From positions 297,972,001 to 298,036,000 of the forward strand of contig OZ024741.1 of assembly GCA_964016885.1 (NCBI GenBank): 64,000 nucleotides of DNA, written 5' to 3'. Made by a program: the position numbers and the translations under genes. This DNA comes from Eledone cirrhosa (lineage: Eukaryota). Shown here in pieces: positions 35,801 through 49,000 of the stretch (positions are counted from its first letter, which is position 1; each line of letters opens with the position of its first letter). The notes under the pieces were generated by a model. It searched no databases. It was given only the letters and a program-made list of their open reading frames with translations, and was not told where the DNA came from.

Positions 35801-38800
35801 TGTAATTCTTGTTGATGTGAATGTTGTTGTAATTCTTGTTGTTGTGAATGTTGTTGTGAATGTTGTTGTAATTATTGTTGTTGTGAATGTTGTTGTAATT
35901 CTTGTTGTGAATTTTGTTGTAATTCTTGTTGTTGTGAATGTTGTTGTAATTCTTGTTGTGAATGTTGGTGTAATTCTTGTTGTTGTGAATGTTGTTGTAA
36001 TTCTTGTTGTTGTGAATGTTGTTGTAATTCTTGTTGTTGTGAATGTTGTTGTAATTCTTGTTGTTGTGAATGTTGGTGTAATTCTTGTTGATGTGAATGT
36101 TGGTGTAATTCTTGTTGTTGTGAATGTTGGTGTAATTCTTTATGATGTGAATGTTGTAATTCTTGTCAATGTGAATGTTGTTGTAATTCTTGTTGTTAAT
36201 GTTGTTGTAATTCTTCTCGTTGTGAATGCTGTTGTAATTCTTGTTGTTGTGAATGTTGGTGTAATTCTTGTTGTTGTGAATGTTGGTGTAATTGTTGTTG
36301 TTGTGAATGTTGTTGTAATTCTTGTCAATGTGAATGTTGTTGTAATTCTTGTTGATGTGAATGTTGGTGTAATTCTTGTTGTTGTGAATGTTGTTGTAAA
36401 TCTCGATGTGAATGTTGTTGTAATTCTTATTGTGAATGTTATTGTAATTCTTCTTGTGAATGTTGTTGTAATTCTTGTTGATGTGAATGTTGGTGTAATT
36501 CTTATTGTGAATGTTATTGTAATTCTTCTTGTGAATTTTGTTGTAATTCTTGTTGTTGTGAATGTTGGTGTAATTCTTGTTGTTGTGAATGTTGTTGTAA
36601 TTCTCGTTGATGTGAATTCTGTTGTAATTCTTGTTGATGTGAATGTTGTTGTAATTCTTGTTGATGTGAATGTTGGTGTAATTCTTTATGATGTGAATGT
36701 TGGTGTAATTCTTGTTGTGAATGTTGGTATAATTCTTGTTGTTGTGAATGTTGTTGTAATTCTTGTTGTGAATGTTGGTATAATTCTTGGTGTTGTGAAT
36801 GTTGTTGTAATTCTTGTTGTGAATGTTATTGTAATTCTTCTTGTTGTGAATGTTGTTGTAATTCTTGTTGTGAATGTTGGTGTCATTCTTGTTGTTGTAA
36901 TTCTTGTCAATGTTAATGTTGTTGTAATTCTTGTTGATGTGAATGTTGTTGTAATTCTTGTTGTTGTGAATGTTGTTGTGAATGTTGTTGTAATTATTGT
37001 TGTTGTGAATGTTGTTGTAATTCTTGTTGTGAATTTTGTTGTAATTCTTGTTGTTGTGAATGTTGTTGTAATTCTTGTTGTGAATGTTGGTGTAATTCTT
37101 GTTGTTGTGAATGTTGTTGTAATTCTTGTTGTTGTGAATGTTGTTGTAATTCTTGTTGTTGTGAATATTGTTGTAATTCTTGTTGTTGTGAATGTTGGTG
37201 TAATTCTTGTTGTTGTGAATGTTGGTGTAATTCTTGTTGTTGTGAATGTTGGTGTAATTCTTGTTGTTGTGAATGTTGGTGTCATTCTTGTTGTTGTGAA
37301 TGTTGTTGTAATTCTTCTTGTTGTGAATGTTGGTGTAATTCCTGTTGTTGTGAATGTTGGTGTAATTCTTGTTGTTGTGAATGTTGTTGTAATTCTTGTT
37401 GTTGTGAATGTTGGTGTAATTCTTGTTGTTGTGAATGTTGGTGTAATTCTTGTTGTTGTGAATGTTGTTGTAATTCTTGTTGTTGTGAATGTTGTTGTAA
37501 TTCTTGTTGTTGTGAATGTTGGTGTAATTCTTGTTGATGTGAATGTTGGTGTAATTCTTGTTGTTGTGAATGTTGGTGTAATTCTTTATGATGTGAATGT
37601 TGTAATTCTTGTCAATGTGAATGTTGTTGTAATTCTTGTTGTTAATGTTGTTGTAATTCTTCTCGTTGTGAATGCTGTTGTAATTCTTGTTGTTGTGAAT
37701 GTTGGTGTAATTCTTGTTGTTGTGAATGTTGGTGTAATTGTTGTTGTTGTGAATGTTGTTGTAATTCTTGTCAATGTGAATGTTGTTGTAATTCTTGTTG
37801 ATGTGAATGTTGGTGTAATTCTTGTTGTTGTGAATGTTGTTGTAAATCTCGATGTGAATGTTGTTGTAATTCTTATTGTGAATGTTATTGTAATTCTTCT
37901 TGTGAATGTTGTTGTAATTCTTGTTGATGTGAATGTTGGTGTAATTCTTATTGTGAATGTTATTGTAATTCTTCTTGTGAATTTTGTTGTAATTCTTGTT
38001 GTTGTGAATGTTGGTGTAATTCTTGTTGTTGTGAATGTTGTTGTAATTCTCGTTGATGTGAATTCTGTTGTAATTCTTGTTGATGTGAATGTTGTTGTAA
38101 TTCTTGTTGATGTGAATGTTGGTGTAATTCTTTATGATGTGAATGTTGGTGTAATTCTTGTTGTGAATGTTGGTATAATTCTTGTTGTTGTGAATGTTGT
38201 TGTAATTCTTGTTGTGAATGTTGGTATAATTCTTGGTGTTGTGAATGTTGTTGTAATTCTTGTTGTGAATGTTATTGTAATTCTTCTTGTTGTGAATGTT
38301 GTTGTAATTCTTGTTGTGAATGTTGGTGTCATTCTTGTTGTTGTAATTCTTGTCAATGTTAATGTTGTTGTAATTCTTGTTGATGTGAATGTTGTTGTAA
38401 TTCTTGTTGTTGTGAATGTTGTTGTGAATGTTGTTGTAATTATTGTTGTTGTGAATGTTGTTGTAATTCTTGTTGTGAATTTTGTTGTAATTCTTGTTGT
38501 TGTGAATGTTGTTGTAATTCTTGTTGTGAATGTTGGTGTAATTCTTGTTGTTGTGAATGTTGTTGTAATTCTTGTTGTTGTGAATGTTGTTGTAATTCTT
38601 GTTGTTGTGAATGTTGTTGTAATTCTTGTTGTTGTGAATGTTGGTGTAATTCTTGTTGATGTGAATGTTGGTGTAATTCTTGTTGTTGTGAATGTTGGTG
38701 TAATTCTTTATGATGTGAATGTTGTAATTCTTGTCAATGTGAATGTTGTTGTAATTCTTGTTGTTAATGTTGTTGTAATTCTTCTCGTTGTGAATGCTGT

Positions 38801-41800
38801 TGTAATTCTTGTTGTTGTGAATGTTGGTGTAATTCTTGTTGTTGTGAATGTTGGTGTAATTGTTGTTGTTGTGAATGTTGTTGTAATTCTTGTCAATGTG
38901 AATGTTGTTGTAATTCTTGTTGATGTGAATGTTGGTGTAATTCTTGTTGTTGTGAATGTTGTTGTAAATCTCGATGTGAATGTTGTTGTAATTCTTATTG
39001 TGAATGTTATTGTAATTCTTCTTGTGAATGTTGTTGTAATTCTTGTTGATGTGAATGTTGGTGTAATTCTTATTGTGAATGTTATTGTAATTCTTCTTGT
39101 GAATTTTGTTGTAATTCTTGTTGTTGTGAATGTTGGTGTAATTCTTGTTGTTGTGAATGTTGTTGTAATTCTCGTTGATGTGAATTCTGTTGTAATTCTT
39201 GTTGATGTGAATGTTGTTGTAATTCTTGTTGATGTGAATGTTGGTGTAATTCTTTATGATGTGAATGTTGGTGTAATTCTTGTTGTGAATGTTGGTATAA
39301 TTCTTGTTGTTGTGAATGTTGTTGTAATTCTTGTTGTGAATGTTGGTATAATTCTTGGTGTTGTGAATGTTGTTGTAATTCTTGTTGTGAATGTTATTGT
39401 AATTCTTCTTGTTGTGAATGTTGTTGTAATTCTTGTTGTGAATGTTGGTGTCATTCTTGTTGTTGTAATTCTTGTCAATGTTAATGTTGTTGTAATTCTT
39501 GTTGATGTGAATGTTGTTGTAATTCTTGTTGTTGTGAATGTTGTTGTGAATGTTGTTGTAATTATTGTTGTTGTGAATGTTGTTGTAATTCTTGTTGTGA
39601 ATTTTGTTGTAATTCTTGTTGTTGTGAATGTTGTTGTAATTCTTGTTGTGAATGTTGGTGTAATTCTTGTTGTTGTGAATGTTGTTGTAATTCTTGTTGT
39701 TGTGAATGTTGGTGTAATTCTTGTTGTTGTGAATGTTGCTGTAATTCTTGTTGTTGTGAATGTTGTTGTGAATGTTGTTGTAATTCTTGTTGTTGTGAAT
39801 GTTGGTGTAATTCTTGTTGTTGTGAATGTTGCTGTAATTGTTGTTGTTGTGAATGTTGGTGTAATTCTTGTTGTTGTGAATGTTGTTGTTGTGAATGTTG
39901 TTGTAATTCTTGTTGATGTGAATGTTGTTGTAATTCTCGTTGATGTGAATGTTGTTGTAATTCTTGTTGATGTGAATGTTGGTGTAATTCTTGTTGTTGT
40001 GAATGTTGGTGGTATTCTTTATGATATGAATGTTGTAATTCTTGTTGTTGTGAATGTTGGTGTAATTCTTGTTGTTGTGAATGTTGTTGTAATTCTTGTT
40101 GTTGTGAATGTTGTAATTCTTGTCGATGTGAATGTTGGTGTAATTCTTGTTGTTGTAAATGTTGTCGAAATTCTTGTAATTCTTGTTGTGAATGTTGGTG
40201 TAATTCTTGTTGTTGTGAATCTTGTTGTAATTCTTGTTGTGAATGTTATTGTAATTCTTCTTGTTGTGAATGTTGTTGTAATTCTTGTTGTTGTGAATGT
40301 CGGTGTAATTCTTGTTGTTGTGAATGTTGTTGTAATTTTTGTTGATGTGAATGTTGGTATAATTCTTGTTGTGAATGTGGAAATTCTTGTTGTGAATGTC
40401 GGTGTAATTCATGTTGTTGTGAATGTTGTTGTAATTCTTGTTGTGAATGTTATTGTAATTCTTCTTGTTATGAATGTTATTGTAATTCTTGTTGTTGTGA
40501 ATGTTGTTATAATTCTTGTTGTTGTGAATGTTAGTGGAATTCTTGTTGATGTGAATGTTATTGTAATTCTTGTTGTTGTGAATGTTGTTGTGAATGTTGG
40601 CATAATTCTTGTGAATGTGAATGTTGTTGTAATTCTTGTTGTGAATGTTGGTATAATTCTTGTTGTTGTGAATGTTGTTGTAATTCTTGTTGTGAATGTT
40701 GTTGTAATTCTTGTCGTGAATGTTGTTGTAATTCTCGTTGATGTGAATGTTGGTGTAATTCTTGTTTTTGTGAATGTTGGTGTAATTCTTTTTGTTAATG
40801 TTGTTGTAATTCTTGTTGTTGTGAATGTTGGTGTAATTCTTGTTGTTGTAATTCTTGTTGTTAATGTTGTTGTAATTCTTGTTGTTGTGAATGTTGGTGT
40901 AATTCTTGTTGTTGCAATTCTTGTTGTGAATGTTGTAATTCTCGTTGATGTGAATGTTGGTGTAATTCTCGTTGATGTGAATGTTGGTGTAATTCTTGTT
41001 GTTAATGTTGTTGTAATTCTTGTTGTTGTGAATGTTGGTGTAATTCTTGTCGTCGTAATTCTTGTTGTGAATGTTGGTGTAATTCTTATCGATGTGAATG
41101 TTGGTTTAATTCTTGTCGATGTGAATGTTGGTGTAATTCTTGTTGATGGGAATGTCGGTGTAATTCTTGTTGTTATGAATGTTGGTGTAATTCTTGATGT
41201 TGTGAATGTTTGTGTAATTCTTGTTGTTGTGAATGTTGGTGTAAATCTTGTTGATGTGAATGTTGTAGTAATTCTTGTTGTGAATGTTTTTGTAATTCTT
41301 GTTGATGTGAATGTTGTTGTAATTCTTGTTGTTGGAAATGTCGGTGTAATTCTTGTTGTTGTGAATGTTGTTGTAATTCTTGTTGTTGTGAATGTTGGTG
41401 TAATTCTTGTTGTTGTGAATGTTGGTGTAATTCTTGTTGTTGTGAATGTTGTTGTAATTCTTGTTGTTGTGAATGTTGTTGTAATTCTTGTTGTTGTGAA
41501 TGTTGGTGTAATTCTTGTTGATGTGAATGTTGGTGTAATTCTTGTTGTTGTGAATGTTGGTGTAATTCTTTATGATGTGAATTTTGTAATTCTTGTCAAT
41601 GTGAATGTTGTTGTAATTCTTGTTGTTAATGTTGTTGTAATTCTTCTCGTTGTGAATGTTGTTGTAATTCTTGTTGTTGTGAATGTTGGTGTAATTCTTG
41701 TTGTTGTGAATGTTGGTGTAATTGTTGTTGTTGTGAATGTTGTTGTAATTCTTGTCAATGTGAATGTTGTTGTAATTCTTGTTGATGTGAATGTTGGTGT

Positions 41801-44086
41801 AATTCTTGTTGTTGTGAATGTTGTTGTAAATCTCGATGTGAATGTTGTTGTAATTCTTATTGTGAATGTTATTGTAATTCTTCTTGTGAATGTTGTTGTA
41901 ATTCTTGTTGATGTGAATGTTGGTGTAATTCTTATTGTGAATGTTATTGTAATTCTTCTTGTGAATTTTGTTGTAATTCTTGTTGTTGTGAATGTTGGTG
42001 TAATTCTTGTTGTTGTGAATGTTGTTGTAATTCTCGTTGATGTGAATTCTGTTGTAATTCTTGTTGATGTGAATGTTGTTGTAATTCTTGTTGATGTGAA
42101 TGTTGGTGTAATTCTTTATGATGTGAATGTTGGTGTAATTCTTGTTGTGAATGTTGGTATAATTCTTGTTGTTGTGAATGTTGTTGTAATTCTTGTTGTG
42201 AATGTTGGTATAATTCTTGGTGTTGTGAATGTTGTTGTAATTCTTGTTGTGAATGTTATTGTAATTCTTCTTGTGAATGTTGTTGTAATTCTTGTTGTGA
42301 ATGTTGGTGTCATTCTTGTTGTTGTAATTCTTGTCAATGTTAATGTTGTTGTAATTCTTGTTGATGTGAATGTTATTGTAGTTCTTGTTGTTGTGAATGT
42401 TGTTGTGAATGTTGGCGTCATTCTTGTAAATGTGAATGTTGTTGTAATTCTTGTTGTGAATGTTGGTGTAATTCTTGTAGTTATGAATGTTATTGGAATT
42501 CTTTTTAATGTGAATGTTGTTGTAATTCTTGTTGTTGTGAATGTTGTTATAATTCTTGTTGTTGTGAATGTTGGCGTAATTCTTGTGAATGTGAATGTTG
42601 TTGTAATTCTTGTTGTTAATGCTGTTGTAATTCTTGTTGTTAATGCTGTTGTAATTCTTGTTGTTCTGAATGTTGTTGTAATTCTTGTTGTGAATGTTAA
42701 TGTAATTCTTGTTGTTGTGAATGTTGTTGTAATTCTTGTTGTTGTGAATGTTATTGTAATTCTTGTTGATGTGAATGTTGTTGTAATTCTTGTTGTTGTG
42801 AATGTTATTGGAATTCTTTTTGATGTGAATGTTGTTGTAATTCTTGTTGTGAATGTTGTTGTCATTCTCGTTGTGAATGTTGGTGTAATTCTTGTTGTGA
42901 ATGTTGGTGTAATTCTTGTTGTTGTGAATGTTGGTGTAATTCTTATTGTTAATGTTGTTGTAATTCTTGTTGTGAATGTTGGTGTAATTCTTGTTGTTGT
43001 ATTTCTTGTTGTTGTGAATGTTGGTGTAATTCTTGTTGATGTGAATGTTGTTGTAATTCTTGTTGTTGTGAATGTTGCTATAACTCTTGTTGTTGTAATT
43101 CTTGTTGTTGTGAATGTTGGTGTAATTCTTATTGTTAATGTTGTTGTAATTCTTGTTGTGAATGTCGGTGTAATTCTTGTTGTTGTGAATGTCGGTGTAA
43201 TTCTTGTTGCAAATGTTGTAATTCTTGTTGATGTGAATGTTGTTGTAATTCTTTATGATGTGAATGTTGTAATTCTTGTTGATGTGAATGTTGGTGTAAT
43301 TCTTGTTGTTGTGAATGTTGGTATAATTCTTGTTGTTGTGAATGTTGTTGTAATTCTTGTTGTGAATGTTAATGTAATTCTTGTTGTTGTGAATGTTGTT
43401 GTAATTCTTGTTGTTGTGAATGTTGGTGTAATTCTTTTTGTTGTGAATGTTGTTGTAATTCTTGTCAATGTGAATGTTGTTGTAATTCTTGTTGATGTGA
43501 ATGTTGGTGTAGTTCTTGTTGTTGTGAATGTTGGTGCAATTCTTGTTGTTGTGAATGTTGTTGTAATTCTTGTTGTTGTGAATGTTAGTGTAATTCTTGT
43601 TGTTGTGAATGTTGGTGTAATTCTTGTTGTTGTGAATGTTGGTGTAATTCTCGTTGTTGTGAATGTTGGTGCAATTCTTGTTGTTGTGAATGTTGTTGTA
43701 ATTCTTGTTGTTGTGAATGTTGGTGTAATTCTTGTCGATGTGAATGTTGGTGTAATTCTTGTTGTTAATGCTGTTGTAATTCTTGTTGATGTGAATGTTG
43801 TAATTCTTGTTGATGTGAATGTTATTGTAATTCTTGTTGTTGTGAATGTTGGTGTAATTCTTTATGATGTGAATGTTGTAATTCTTGTTGATGTGAATGT
43901 TGGTGTAATTCTTGTTGTTGTGAATGTTGGTATAATTCTTGGTGTTGCGAATGTTGTTGTAATTCATGTTGTGAATGTTATTGTAATTCTTCTTGTTGCG
44001 AATGTTGTTGAAATTCTTGTTGTTGTGAATGTTGTTGTAATTCTTGTTGTTGTGAATTTGGTGTAATTCTTGTTGTTGTGAATGTT
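29870..44086. repeat. 14.2-kb intronic satellite built from (GTT)n-GTGAAT / (GTT)n-GTAATTCTT modules, with higher-order repeats
   Basis: Direct inspection; marker aatctcgatgtg recurs at spacings 1122, 1446, 1122 and 2862 bp; marker cctgttg at 2568 bp; marker ggtttaatt at 3173 and 6984 bp. Confidence 0.98.
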
Positions 44087-44202
44087 CATCAAAACATTCA
44101 TCAAAAATACAATAAAAAAAAAAGATAAATTAGATGAAAAGTAAATATGTTTGCATCCAAAATTTTGATTAATTAACCAATGTCACACCTTGCTAGACTT
44201 AC

Positions 44203-44372
44203 CTATACAGACTTCATGAACACGTTTCACAATAGAAAAGTAGGCAGACAACTTTTCAGCTGTGAAATGTTGTTCATTTGAAAATTTTACAGCATACATA
44301 TAAACTTGGAGTAGAATCTCTTCTATGATATCTGATGTGTGATTATTGAGTTTAAAGATCCCAACAAGTATA
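44203..44372 (-). CDS. CFAP119: CFAP119-like gene A exon 4 (DILVGIFKLNNHTSDIIEEILLQVYMYAVKFSNEQHFTAEKLSAYFSIVKRVHEVCI)
   Basis: tcttttag|T...ATAG|gtaagt; 170 nt, phase 2/1. Confidence 0.9.
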
Positions 44373-44440
44373 CTAAAAGACAGAAAGAAAACAGAATTGA
44401 AAACGAAAATAGTATCACAAAATGTGTATATTTCACATAT

Positions 44441-44720
44441 TTTTGGTCATTACCCAAGATTCATGACCACTTGAGAGATGACAGTTCTGGTACTATGGAC
44501 ATGTGATTAGAATGTCTCAGCAAAAAATTGCTGGACACATTTTATGGGCAAAACCAACTGGCAGGAGACTCAAGAGTAAACCATGAGCAAGATGGTCGAA
44601 TAATATCCATGAGCTTGGCTGGTCTCGCTTGGAAATGGTTGCTTCTGGTAGGACCCGCTGGAAGGAGTGTTTGAGGTCTCTGCCCCCCACAACCCACTTA
44701 GGAGGAGGAGGAGGAGGAGA
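44441..44720 (+). mobile_element. RTE family B 3' fragment with a short inverted 5' piece and (GGA)n tail
   Basis: ttttggtcattacccaagattcatgacca is in minus orientation, then plus-strand gagagatgacag..GHVIRMSQ..KPTGRR. Confidence 0.7.
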
Positions 44721-45665
44721 ATAAGAAAGAAGGGAAAGAGGGGAATGATGGAGAAAGAGTGGGAGAGAGAAGGAATTATGTGGGAAGATAGGGAGAGAAG
44801 TGGGGGGAAGAGGTAGAGAAGGGGAAAGAGGGAGAAAAAGGAAGAAAGAGGGGGAAATGGGAGAGAGGGGGAATATGGATGTGTAAGAGGGAGAAAGATA
44901 GGGAAAGAGGGGGAAGGAGGAGGGAAGAAAGGGGAGGAATAAGAGGAAAAAGAGGATGGTGAAGGAGAAAAGGAGAGCAAGGAGAAATAGGAGAGCAAGG
45001 AGAAAAGGAGAGTAAGGTGAAAAGGAGAGCAAGGAGAAAAGGAAAGCAAGGAGAAAAAGGAGAGCCAGTAGAGCAAAAAGAAGAGGGATGAAAAGGAAAA
45101 ACAGGAGAGCAATGAGAGAAATGAGAGTAAGAAATAGTAAGAAGATAAGCGAGCATGATAAGCAGGAGAGGAAAGCAGGGGTAAAAATGTTTGGAAAAAA
45201 GAGGGAAGAAAGGGGACAGTGGAGAGAGGGGGAGACGGGAGGAGGGGGGGGAGAGAAGAGGAAAGAGGGGACAGGAGGAAGTGGGGGAAAGAGGACGAAA
45301 GGGGTAGAGAGGGATAATGAGGGGAAATGTGGAAAGAGGGGGTGGGGGGATATGGAAGTGTAAGAGGTGGAATTAAGGAAGAAGAGAAAGAGGGGGTGGA
45401 AAGAGGGGAAAAGAGTGTAAAAGAGAGGGAAAAGGGGGAGAAGGGGAGAAATGAGATGAAGGGGAAGGGAATGAGGGAGAGTAAATTGAAAAGGAGAGCA
45501 GAGAGAGCCATTAGAGCAAAGAGAATAGGAGTGAAAAAGAGAGGAAGGGGGAAATGGAGGAAAGAGAGGGGGGGGCAGGAAGGAGAAGGAGAGGAAGAGG
45601 AGGATGAAGAAAAGGTGAGTAAGGAGAAAAGGAGAGCAAGAAGGAAAGGAGTGCAAGGAGAGCAA
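44700..45665. repeat. ~1-kb polypurine (GA-rich) low-complexity tract
   Basis: Almost entirely A/G on plus strand; continuous with the LINE (GGA)n tail. Confidence 0.9.
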
Positions 45666-45744
45666 GTTTACACCCTGGATCAATATAGTGTTAATTATCT
45701 CGACAGAAGATGATCTCCGACTTGCACTCGATAGGTTTGATACC

Positions 45745-46445
45745 AAGTGCTGCAAAAACTGAGACACTCCTCCTATCAAGGAAGCCTGCGCAGTGCACTC
45801 TACATGTGAACGGAGTTCCACTAAAGCAGATGGAGGAGTTCAAGTATCTTGGGACTATTTTCACAAGTGATGGAAGGCTGGAGGCTGAATTAAGTACAAG
45901 AATTGCAGGAGCTGGTGCAGTTATATGCTAGCTTCAGCACTCGGTGATCAGAAGAGGTAGATGTAAAAGCCAAACTCGTTATCTTCAATTTTGTATTCAT
46001 GCCAACTCTTACCTATGGTCATTAATCTTGTGTAATTACTGAAAGAATACGATCATGAATACAAGCAGCCAAAATGGGATTCCTCCAAAGGGTCTTTGGA
46101 ATAATGTTACTCGATACAGTGCATAGCTCGGAGATGAGAGAATCACTCCAGGCATGCCGCTACTTCTCCGAATTGAGAGATCACAGCACTGATACTATGG
46201 GAATGTGGTTAGAATGTCTTAGGAAAGAATCACTGGACAGATTTTACAGGTAAAACCAACTGGCAGGAGACCCTGAGCAAGATGGTTGGATAACATCCAT
46301 GAGCTCAGTTGATCTCGCTTAGAGATCTAGCCAGATCAATTGGAGACGGATGCTTCTGACAGATCCACTGGAAGGAGTGTTTGAGGATCCTATTCCCACG
46401 ACTCTCCCAGTAATCAGTGGGTGAAGAAGGAGGAGGAGGAGGAGG
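45745..46445 (+). mobile_element. RTE family B (Rex3/Expander-like) 3' part
   Basis: AQCTLHVNGVPLKQMEEFKYLGTIFTSDGRLEAEL, PTLTYGH, IERSQ; (GAG)n tail. Confidence 0.85.
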
Positions 46446-46597
46446 TATATATTTAATTTTATTTGAAGTTTTCTAAGACTGTTGTGGTGTCACTGATACA
46501 ATATCTTGCTATGGTCACCTGTTATATTATCCAGGTACACAAACAGTTTAAGAGGTTTAAAAAATGAAGAATAAATTGTGAGAATTGTTAAACAATG

Positions 46598-47052
46598 TCA
46601 TCATCATCATCATCATCAACGTTTAACGTCCATGTTCCACGCTTACATGGGTTTGGACGGGGGTTTTCCCACTTGAGGCAAGAGTGATTGTCTTGCTCGC
46701 ATAGGACTGTCTGGCGGGTTTTCTACAGCTGGATGCCCTTCCTAACACCAACCACATTTACAGTGTGGGGGTGGGGCTGGGAGGTTTTTACCGTGTTGCC
46801 TACACGGCCACATTACAGTGTGGACTGTCTGGCGGGTTTTCTACAGCTGGATGCCCTTCCTAACACAAACCACATTTACAGTGTGGGGCTGGGAGGTTTT
46901 TACCGTGTTGCCTACACGGCCACTTTACAGCGTGGACTGTGTGTTTTTTGTCGTGACACCTACACGATCTCATTTGTTTTGGCCTGGATGTTGTGGCACC
47001 AACATAACTTTACATTGAAAGGAGCGGTGTGGATGGGGTGGGGGGGGGGGTA
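46598..47052 (-). mobile_element. RTE family A 3' UTR copy with an internal tandem duplication
   Basis: (CAT)n tail; ~120-bp block ggactgtctggcgggttttctacagc.. present twice (46703, 46822). Confidence 0.8.
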
Positions 47053-47569
47053 TTTTGTTAGCGATGCCTGTAAATGGTTATCAAATTCAGCTTATCAGAA
47101 CAAAGTATATTGTATGGGAGTGAAAGGACATCAATTGTTTAACCCTTTAGATACCAACCTCACAAAACCACATTATTTAAGTGTTCAAATTTAAATTTAA
47201 ACTTTGGACTAAAATCTCATTCTTATGTAACAGATAATATTAGATTTCAGTAGTGAAATATTTGTCTTTTGTTATTAAGTTGAATGTTAAGCATGATGGA
47301 TTGGTGAAATCGGTAGAGCATTGAACAAAATACTTTGCAGTATTTAGTTATGACTTTCTATATACAGGGTTGATAAAGTGTCAGTTAAGTACTGAGATCG
47401 ATTTAATCAACTTTCCCCCTCCCGTAAAACTTCTGGCCTTTGAAACAGTTAAGTTGAATGTTAGTTATTTTAATAAATCTTTCAAAATTCTTGATTATTT
47501 TGATAATTGTTAGAAATATGATACCAACCTACCCAATTGTTTGATTTAATGCTTTTATATTTAGAGAGC

Positions 47570-48080
47570 TACTCCCACTGTTGACAACAATAGGTTTCTC
47601 CCAATGTACAAAAGGATGACTGTATGATGCCTGCGTGCGAAGCTGCATGGTAGTGAAACATGGGCTGTGACTGCAGAGGGTATGTGTGGGCTGGAGAGAA
47701 ATGAAGCAACTATGCTACGTCAGGTATGCAATGTGAATGAGAGAAAGGCAGACCTTGGATGAGTTGAGGGAGAAACTGAGTTTAAGAGAATTTGAGGTGG
47801 TATGCAGGAGAGAAGACTGCATCGGATGGACATGTGATGCACAGGGTCAATGTTTGCTAGGTGAAGAAATGCCAGAAAATGCCAATGGAAGGAAGCTACA
47901 GTAGAGGTAGACCAAGAAAGATTTGGGAAAAGGTTGTGAGAGCTGACTGAAATCATAGACTCACAGAGGCGATGACAAAGAAACACAATGAGTGATGAGA
48001 TGCCATGCTGAGAAGAACTCATCCAACCCATGCAAGCATGGAAAAACGGACATAAAAATGATGATGATGATGGTGATGAT
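47570..48080 (+). mobile_element. RTE family A-related 3' fragment
   Basis: YDAC..HGSETWAVT..GRPRK; (GAT)n tail. Confidence 0.75.
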
Positions 48081-48439
48081 AATATTTAATTTCCAGCCTC
48101 ATACCATATTTTATTTTGTCATGTTCAAAACACCAACTTAATAATGGCAAAGTTACTAATTACCTTGCAATTCTTAAGTTTTAAATATTAACTGAAACAT
48201 ATAAACATGAAACATATATATGGACACAAGAGGGGTTAAAATGTTTCCACAAAACAGAAGAGATTTGCATGGTGTAGATGTAGTAATAGAGAGAGAAATA
48301 AATGAGGCACACATACACACCATGCTGTTGGGCTAGTGGTTTTACAAACACACGCACCTTTATACATACAATATGCTTCCATACTGTTTCCTTCAAACAA
48401 ATCTGGTCCTAATAGTTGAATCCATGTAGGAGTAAGAAG

Positions 48440-49000
48440 CAAAATTCCAGACATGAAGGAGAAATTTTGAATCAAAGGACCTAAATGTAAGCTTGGCAAA
48501 AATTAAGGTCTTGGTATGTGGGAAGAGGAACATGAACCTGATGGCATCAGAGAAGTGGGTTTTTTTTCCCTATTGAAGTGGGTTGGGCATAAGTTCCATA
48601 AGGTGCAAACAGTGTAATCTATGGATACATAAGAGATGTAGTGTAATTACAGGGAGCTTGATTGAGAAGAGAGACTTTGTGTGCAGTGGATGCAATATTG
48701 GAGTAAGCACTACGAGCATGCATGAAATAGATTCCCTCAATTGCCAATGGGTTGCTGTGCTGGCAAATTTTGTTGCTTGGGTGACCTAATCAACAATGAG
48801 GGGTGGGGGGAGGGCTCTGAAAATTTGGTGATGCTTTAGGGAACTAATATCTCTGCTCATAATGGGGGTTTTCTCTCATAGAATGATGAGTAAACTGTGT
48901 GATGCCTGCATGCGAGCAATGATGCTAAATGGCAATGAAACACAGGCCTTGACTGCTGAAGACCTGGAAAGGCTGGATAGAGATGGGATGAGTATGCTCT
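48440..49000 (+). mobile_element. RTE family A-related fragment (Cys/His finger region), old
   Basis: SSIRCKQCNLWIHKRCSVITG..FVCSGC. Confidence 0.7.

Noticed and set aside
31359-44066. 4235-aa Val-rich ORF and overlapping N-, T- and C-rich ORFs as real genes (mucin, metallothionein or membrane protein)
   Set aside because: All are translations of one satellite inside a GT-AG intron; there is no unique N- or C-terminal domain, and several frames are open simply because of composition
44517-45821. 434-aa Pro/Leu/Ser/Phe-rich ORF and neighbouring E/K/G-rich ORFs
   Set aside because: Translations of a polypurine tract and LINE remnants
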